Shown piece after piece: positions 58,660 through 64,000 of a stretch of 64,000 nucleotides of DNA. A program made the position numbers and the translations under genes. The notes beneath the pieces are model-generated. The model was not told where the DNA came from and did not search any database. It was given only the letters and a program-made list of their open reading frames with translations. Origin of the DNA: Rhina ancylostomus (taxonomy: Eukaryota); assembly GCA_030265395.1 (NCBI GenBank), contig JARFYF010000084.1, forward strand, positions 87,988,290 to 88,052,289. Direction: 5' to 3'. Each line of letters starts with the position of its first letter. Within the stretch, counting starts at the first letter, position 1.

Positions 58660-61600
58660 AAGCCTATTTTTCCAGTTTTATTTGTGATGATTGGTCAAGC
58701 CTAGCAAATGGAAGGCACAGATGTGAGTGCAGTCCTGTAGTACATGATTTTCCCAGATAGTAACTTATTCTAGAAGATTTCAAAAAAGCTTTTTCTCACC
58801 ATAAGTGATAATTTCCTTAATCTAATTTCTGACCAGTGCCACCACTGAGGGTGTGGCTTGTGGGGTGAGATTGTAGAATTAGTTAAATTAAGCTGCCATT
58901 ATGGGCCATGACTCCTGAACTGATGCCAGTGTCAAGGCACTGACTTTGCTGTGTTTCTCTTTGGAAGTTCTGGTTTGCAGAGTGGCAGTGGTAGTGGCAT
59001 CAGGTTGACTGGGTCTCTGCCCGGAGCAGCACAAAACAAGTGAAGGTAGAGTTTGGCAAAACAAGGAGGGGCAATTAAATAATTCAGTCAGTTTTTAAAG
59101 TTAATTTTTTAATTTACTCTTGACTGTCAAAGATATTGGGGATGACTGTCAGCTTTACAATAATTGGCCTCCATGCTGGCTGTGCTGTAACTGCAGCAGA
59201 TAGTCTGCTACCTGCCCTTGCAATGCACTCGACCCTGCATACACACTGAGAGTCTAGACATGGTCTTGTGCGAAGGGCCACACTGGAAGGAGTGTATCCC
59301 AGGGGCAAGCAGCCAGTGACATTTCAGGTACTGGAAGAACTACCTGAATATTTAATTCACAGGTTTTTACATTTGAAGCATTTATGAAAGTTTGTTTCCC
59401 TCAAATGAACGAATCCCTTGCTGGTGAACTGGTTATTCTGCAGTAGACAGGTCAATTTTTACAAAGATAACTTCACCTAACTATAATTTTTGTTAATACT
59501 CTGAAACCCTTTCAGCTCTGCATGGATTCACACCACATTAGCCCGCTGAAATCTCAATTCCCCATGTGTTAAGCTGGTTCATTCTTTTATAGATGAGTCT
59601 CAAAGTGACTGTCACACTTAACACAGCAATTTTCAATGCAACCACAGGACATGGAATACCTGGCCTTTATTTTATCATTCAACTCATTTTCCAGGTCCAG
59701 CATCTAGTTATTGGCTCTTTCCACCAAGATATTACAATGCTCACAATGAAACCAATTGTGCATTAGGTACCCACATTGGTGAACACCCCTATGCTGTCTG
59801 GGGTGACCTGTCAATTTAAGAACAGAAACAGTAGTCGTCACTCAGTCCTCCATCCTTCACAGCCACTCTCTGTGGCAAGTCCTTATGCACCTGTTTTAAT
59901 GACCACCCCCTAACCTTGTAATATATGCCTCAGTTTCAGATTCTCTCACTATTAGAAACGTCTTGCCATCTACTCTGAATCGCAAGATCCGGAAGGGGAC
60001 ATGACAGTAACATCTCTGCTCATTCTTCGGAACTGCAAATAATAAAGATCTATTTTCTCTTACATTTGTCCATTCCCCCTTGCATTCTGATCTCTATTTT
60101 TGATGTTTTCTTTCAACAGAACTCAGTCTACACTCAAGGAACAGCATTTCATCTTCTATCCAGGCCTTGCACAGCCTTCAGAACTTTCCGCAAACACTGC
60201 CTGAACAGGATTCTTCTCAGATTTATGGCAACTATGGTGTTCATTACCTCCAGCATCCAATATTGCTTCCCTCTCCCCCCTCCCCCCCCCTTTTTTGTCC
60301 TCTCACTTCCAATGTCTCCTCCAGACATCAGCTGATCAGNNNNNNNNNNNNNNNNNNNNNNNNNNNNNNNNNNNNNNNNNNNNNNNNNNNNNNNNNNNNN
60401 NNNNNNNNNNNNNNNNNNNNNNNNNNNNNNNNNNNNNNNCAGCACTATTTGCATCAGTCTCTCTTGATCTCCACCCCTCCCCTTCTCAGAAATTTACAAC
60501 ATATTTTCCCATACTGTCGAAAGGTCTTCCCATGAAAGATTTTTTTCAGTCATTCCACAAATGCTGCCTGACCTGCTGGGAATTTACGGATTTTTTTACT
60601 GCAGAACCCTTTTTAAAGCTGAAGGTTGGTAGAACAGGTGTGTGAACACAATTCCTGACAAGGCAATAGGAAGGGAAAAAAAACAGAAAATCCTTATGAA
60701 CTTAGAGATGCTGCATTGGTCTGATACGGCCCAGAGAAATCTCTTGTTTTTAAACAATTCCAGCAGTGCACGATTAACATGCTAAACAAAAAGTAGTGCC
60801 TTAATTTGTGAAGATGTTAAAAGTGCCTGTGGCCAGTTTTAATATCTGCTTATTAGCTTTAAGTGAGTCATCTTCTGGAACTCCTCAATCTCTTGCCCTT
60901 CTGCAGGTTCCCGTCTCTCACCAGTTAGAATAAATTCTTGATTCATCCATCCTTGGATCCAAACTAGATGATCTCATGTTTGGCTCCGTTGAGTTCCCTC
61001 TGTCTCAGTTTTATCGCTTACTTGACCCGGCTGTAGACATTTGCAATTTCCTACTTAATTCTGAATAAATACTGTCTCTTTTAATTTAGATTCATCTGTA
61101 AACTCAATAGCTACCTATGTAGTCCTTCATTTATTATTAATAAATGTTAATACACTAATTCATCAGGGTGCCACCTTGGGAACATCACTTGTCCCAGCCT
61201 GTCGATCTCAGTATTTTCCCCCTTTTAAACCATTTCTCAGGTAATTTCTAATCCAAGACTAAAGGCTGCTTCCAAATCTGGAAACTCTGACCTTAAACCA
61301 TGATCTTTTGTGGAATAATACCAGTTGAGTTCTGAAAGTTCATCTAAATAAATCTATGAAATCATTTTTTTTTAAAACCTTATCCATGACTTTAAAAACT
61401 AAACACTTTTTACAACTCGCATTCAATGAACTCATGCTGGATCAGTGCATTTTTCTTGAGTGTTCAACTTTTCCCTTGTGACAGATTCTTGTACCTTAAG
61501 CCCATCCTGGCTTGAGGATTGGCAGGAAGACAGAACATGGTACAAATAAACCATCATTTTGGGCTTAATCTCACTGAAATGTACAAAATTCAGAAAAGCC

Positions 61601-62239
61601 TTCACCCTAGCTGCAGAGTCTAGCAAAATAGTGCCTAGTTTCAGAATGAGTCATTTCGCAGAGATGAGGAGAAATATTCAGAGGACACTGATGCACTCAA
61701 ATATCACTCCTGATTCTTTCTGCGCAGCCATGTTACTCAATTTATTTGCTTTGTGGTTTATACAAAAAACTAGCACATTGTCCATCTTTTTTAATTCAAA
61801 TAAGAGTTCCCATTAGATATGGGGGTAATTATCAGCACTCTATATTGCACTAGCCTAACATGGTATATCAGTCTGTTCTTTATTGTCCACTATGCCAACA
61901 AGTTATGACCAATATCTAGAGGAAATTGCACAGAGTAAAAGGAGCTGAATAAGAGTCTTAAACTTGCAACAAGAGAAAAGGAGATAGAAAGGAAACCTAC
62001 ATTTTTAAAAGCTTCTGTGTCCTGCCTTAATAATAGAAAATCTACAGTCTCAAAACTGATCATTTCATGTGCTCAATCACATACATCCCAAAACATATGC
62101 AAAGTAGTCGTCATGGCCAAACTTTTGTTTAGCTACCATCGTAACCGAGTCCAAGAATTCTGAACACCTCCACTGCAACTACATCTTACCACTAGCTGGC
62201 AAGATCAGGGGAGGGAATAGTAATATCAGGAGCATATCA

Positions 62240-63818
62240 ACATTACATTGAGGAAGTGTTTAAGGGTTTTTAATGCGTAAAGATGGAAAAACCCACAGGG
62301 CCTGATTAGGTATATCGTAGGATACAATGAAAAGCAAGAAAGGTTATTGCTGGGGCCTTGGCAGAGATTTTTGTGTCTTTAAGTATTGGAAGACTGCAGG
62401 ATAGCTAATGCTGTGCCATTATTTACGAAGGCAGCATGGATAAGTCAGGGGACTACAGGCTGGTGAGCCTGATATCAGTGGTGGGGAAGTTATTGGAAGG
62501 GATTCTGAGAGATGGGATTTATTTGCATTTGAAAAAGTAAGGACTGATTAGGGATAGTCAGCATGGCTTTGTGCTTGGGGAATTGTATCTCACAAATTTG
62601 ATTGAGTTTTTTAAAAGAGGTTACCAAGAGAACTGATGAGGACAGGATGGTAGATGTTGTCTATATGACCTTTGACAAGGTCCCACATNNNNNNNNNNNT
62701 TGTCCAGAAGGTTAGAGCACATGGGATCCAGGGCAAGTTAGCAAACTGGGCACAAAGTTGGCTTGGTGGTAGCAGGCAGAGGATGGTAATGGAGGGTTTC
62801 TCAGAAGAGGTCTGTGACCAATGTGCCATAGGGATCGGTGCTGAATCCTGTTGTTTGTCATATATATTAATGATCTGGATGAGGTTGTAGGTGTCATAAT
62901 CAGCAAGTTTGCAGATGACACCAAAATTAGCAGTATAGTGGACAGTGAAGAAGGTTGTCTAAGGTTACAATACAATCTAGAACAACTGGAAAACTGGGCA
63001 AGGGAATGGCAGATAGAATTTAACTAGGACAAATGCAAAGCGATGCATTTTAGGAAGTTAAACCAGGGCAGCACATACACAGTGAATGGCAGGGCCCTGG
63101 GGAGTGTTGTTGAACAGAGAGCCCTTGGGCTACAAATACATAGTTTCTTGAAAATGGGAACACAGGTAGACAGGGTGATGAGGAAGGAAGGCATATGGCA
63201 TGCTTGCCTTCATCAGCTGAGGCAACGAGTCCAAGAGTTGGAACGTCATATTACAGTTGTACTAAACACTTGTTCGGCTACACTTGGAGCACTGTGTGCA
63301 GTGCTTGTCACCATCCTAAAGAAAGGACATGACTAAGTTAGAGAGGTTGCACATGTTCACAAGATTCACAACGATGTTGCCTGATTGGAGGGCTTGACAG
63401 GGCTCAGGAGAGATTGGATAGACTAGGTTTGTTTTCCCTGGAGTGAAGAGGCTGGAAGGTGACATGATAAAGGTGTGTAAAGTTATGAGAGGCGCAGATA
63501 GGGTAGATAGCCAGTGTCTGTTTCCCATTTAGAGTGTCTAAAACTAAAGGGCATAGGTTTAAGGTGAGAGGAGGAGGATTAAAGGGGATCTGACCATTAC
63601 ATTTTTCACATGCAGAACTATCATAGTTCAGCTGCCAGAGGAGGTGGTGGAGGCAAGAACAGCAACAACATTTAAGAGGCATCTTGACAGTTACTTGAAT
63701 GAGCAAAGGATATATAATTAATGCAGGCAAGTGGGATTAGTATAGATAGGCATGATGGTTGGCATAGNNNNNNNNNNNNNNNNNNNNNNNNNNNNTCTAT
63801 GCTGTACAACTGACTATA
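62240..63818 (+). mobile_element. CR1-clade LINE RT region and 3' end, degenerate
   Basis: HGIQGKLANWAQSWL, YINDLDE..ISKFADDTK, MHFRKLNQGSTYTVNGRALGSVVEQRALG; tail tctatgctgtacaact. Confidence 0.9.
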
Positions 63819-64000
63819 ATTGATCCTCACAAATGCTAATGCACACGTTGCCCTTTTTTTAAAAAAATGAAGTGTTGTCCAAATGATACATGTTGGGGGT
63901 TGGGGATTATGATCATTCCTGTATATGGGCCAGGGACTGACATGCTAGCTTTAAAGCTGCTGCTAGCAGCCTCTCTCAGAGTACTGAACCCTTCCAAGAG

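Larger units (their letters stand above)
51583..58675 (+). other. FHOD3: Candidate long 3' UTR of FHOD3 (proximal AATAAA at 52307, distal at 58124 and 58646)
   Basis: AT-rich and lacks the young kb-scale CR1 copies seen in the introns; ends at TGTA...AATAAA followed by T/GT-rich sequence. True end cannot be fixed without transcripts. Confidence 0.45.

Noticed and set aside
58700-62200. Search for minus-strand exons of a convergent neighbour such as TPGS2
   Set aside because: No translation resembling a known protein with proper splice sites could be found.
1-64000. tRNA, rRNA, CRISPR arrays or prokaryotic operons
   Set aside because: Eukaryotic intron-rich DNA; the only tRNA-like sequences are SINE heads, and there are no regularly spaced repeats.

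Overview
Vertebrate genomic DNA with many N-gaps. Its repeat content (HE1-like V-SINEs, CR1/HER1-type LINEs, DeuSINE-like elements, Penelope-like remnants) points to a cartilaginous fish, probably a ray or other batoid. The window holds the 3' half of a formin gene on the + strand, identified as FHOD3. Ten coding exons (6952-51582) with canonical GT-AG junctions splice into one open frame of 485 aa plus stop, covering most of the FH2 domain, the 24-nt acidic T(D/E)5XE microexon, the DAD and the basic C-terminus. A candidate long (~7 kb) 3' UTR follows. Introns are filled with decayed retroelements. Best second-look items: (1) dispersed Penelope-derived units that fit a minimal hammerhead ribozyme eroded by CpG decay; (2) the muscle-type microexon and its regulatory architecture; (3) a palindromic AATAAAGCTTTATT possible bidirectional poly(A) signal; (4) an inverted LINE pair in the putative 3' UTR; (5) a perfect 75-bp inverted repeat bounded by gaps; (6) a perfect 17-bp intronic hairpin. 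I found no evidence of a novel protein-coding system. Repeat family names and repeat boundaries are from recognition by eye and are approximate.
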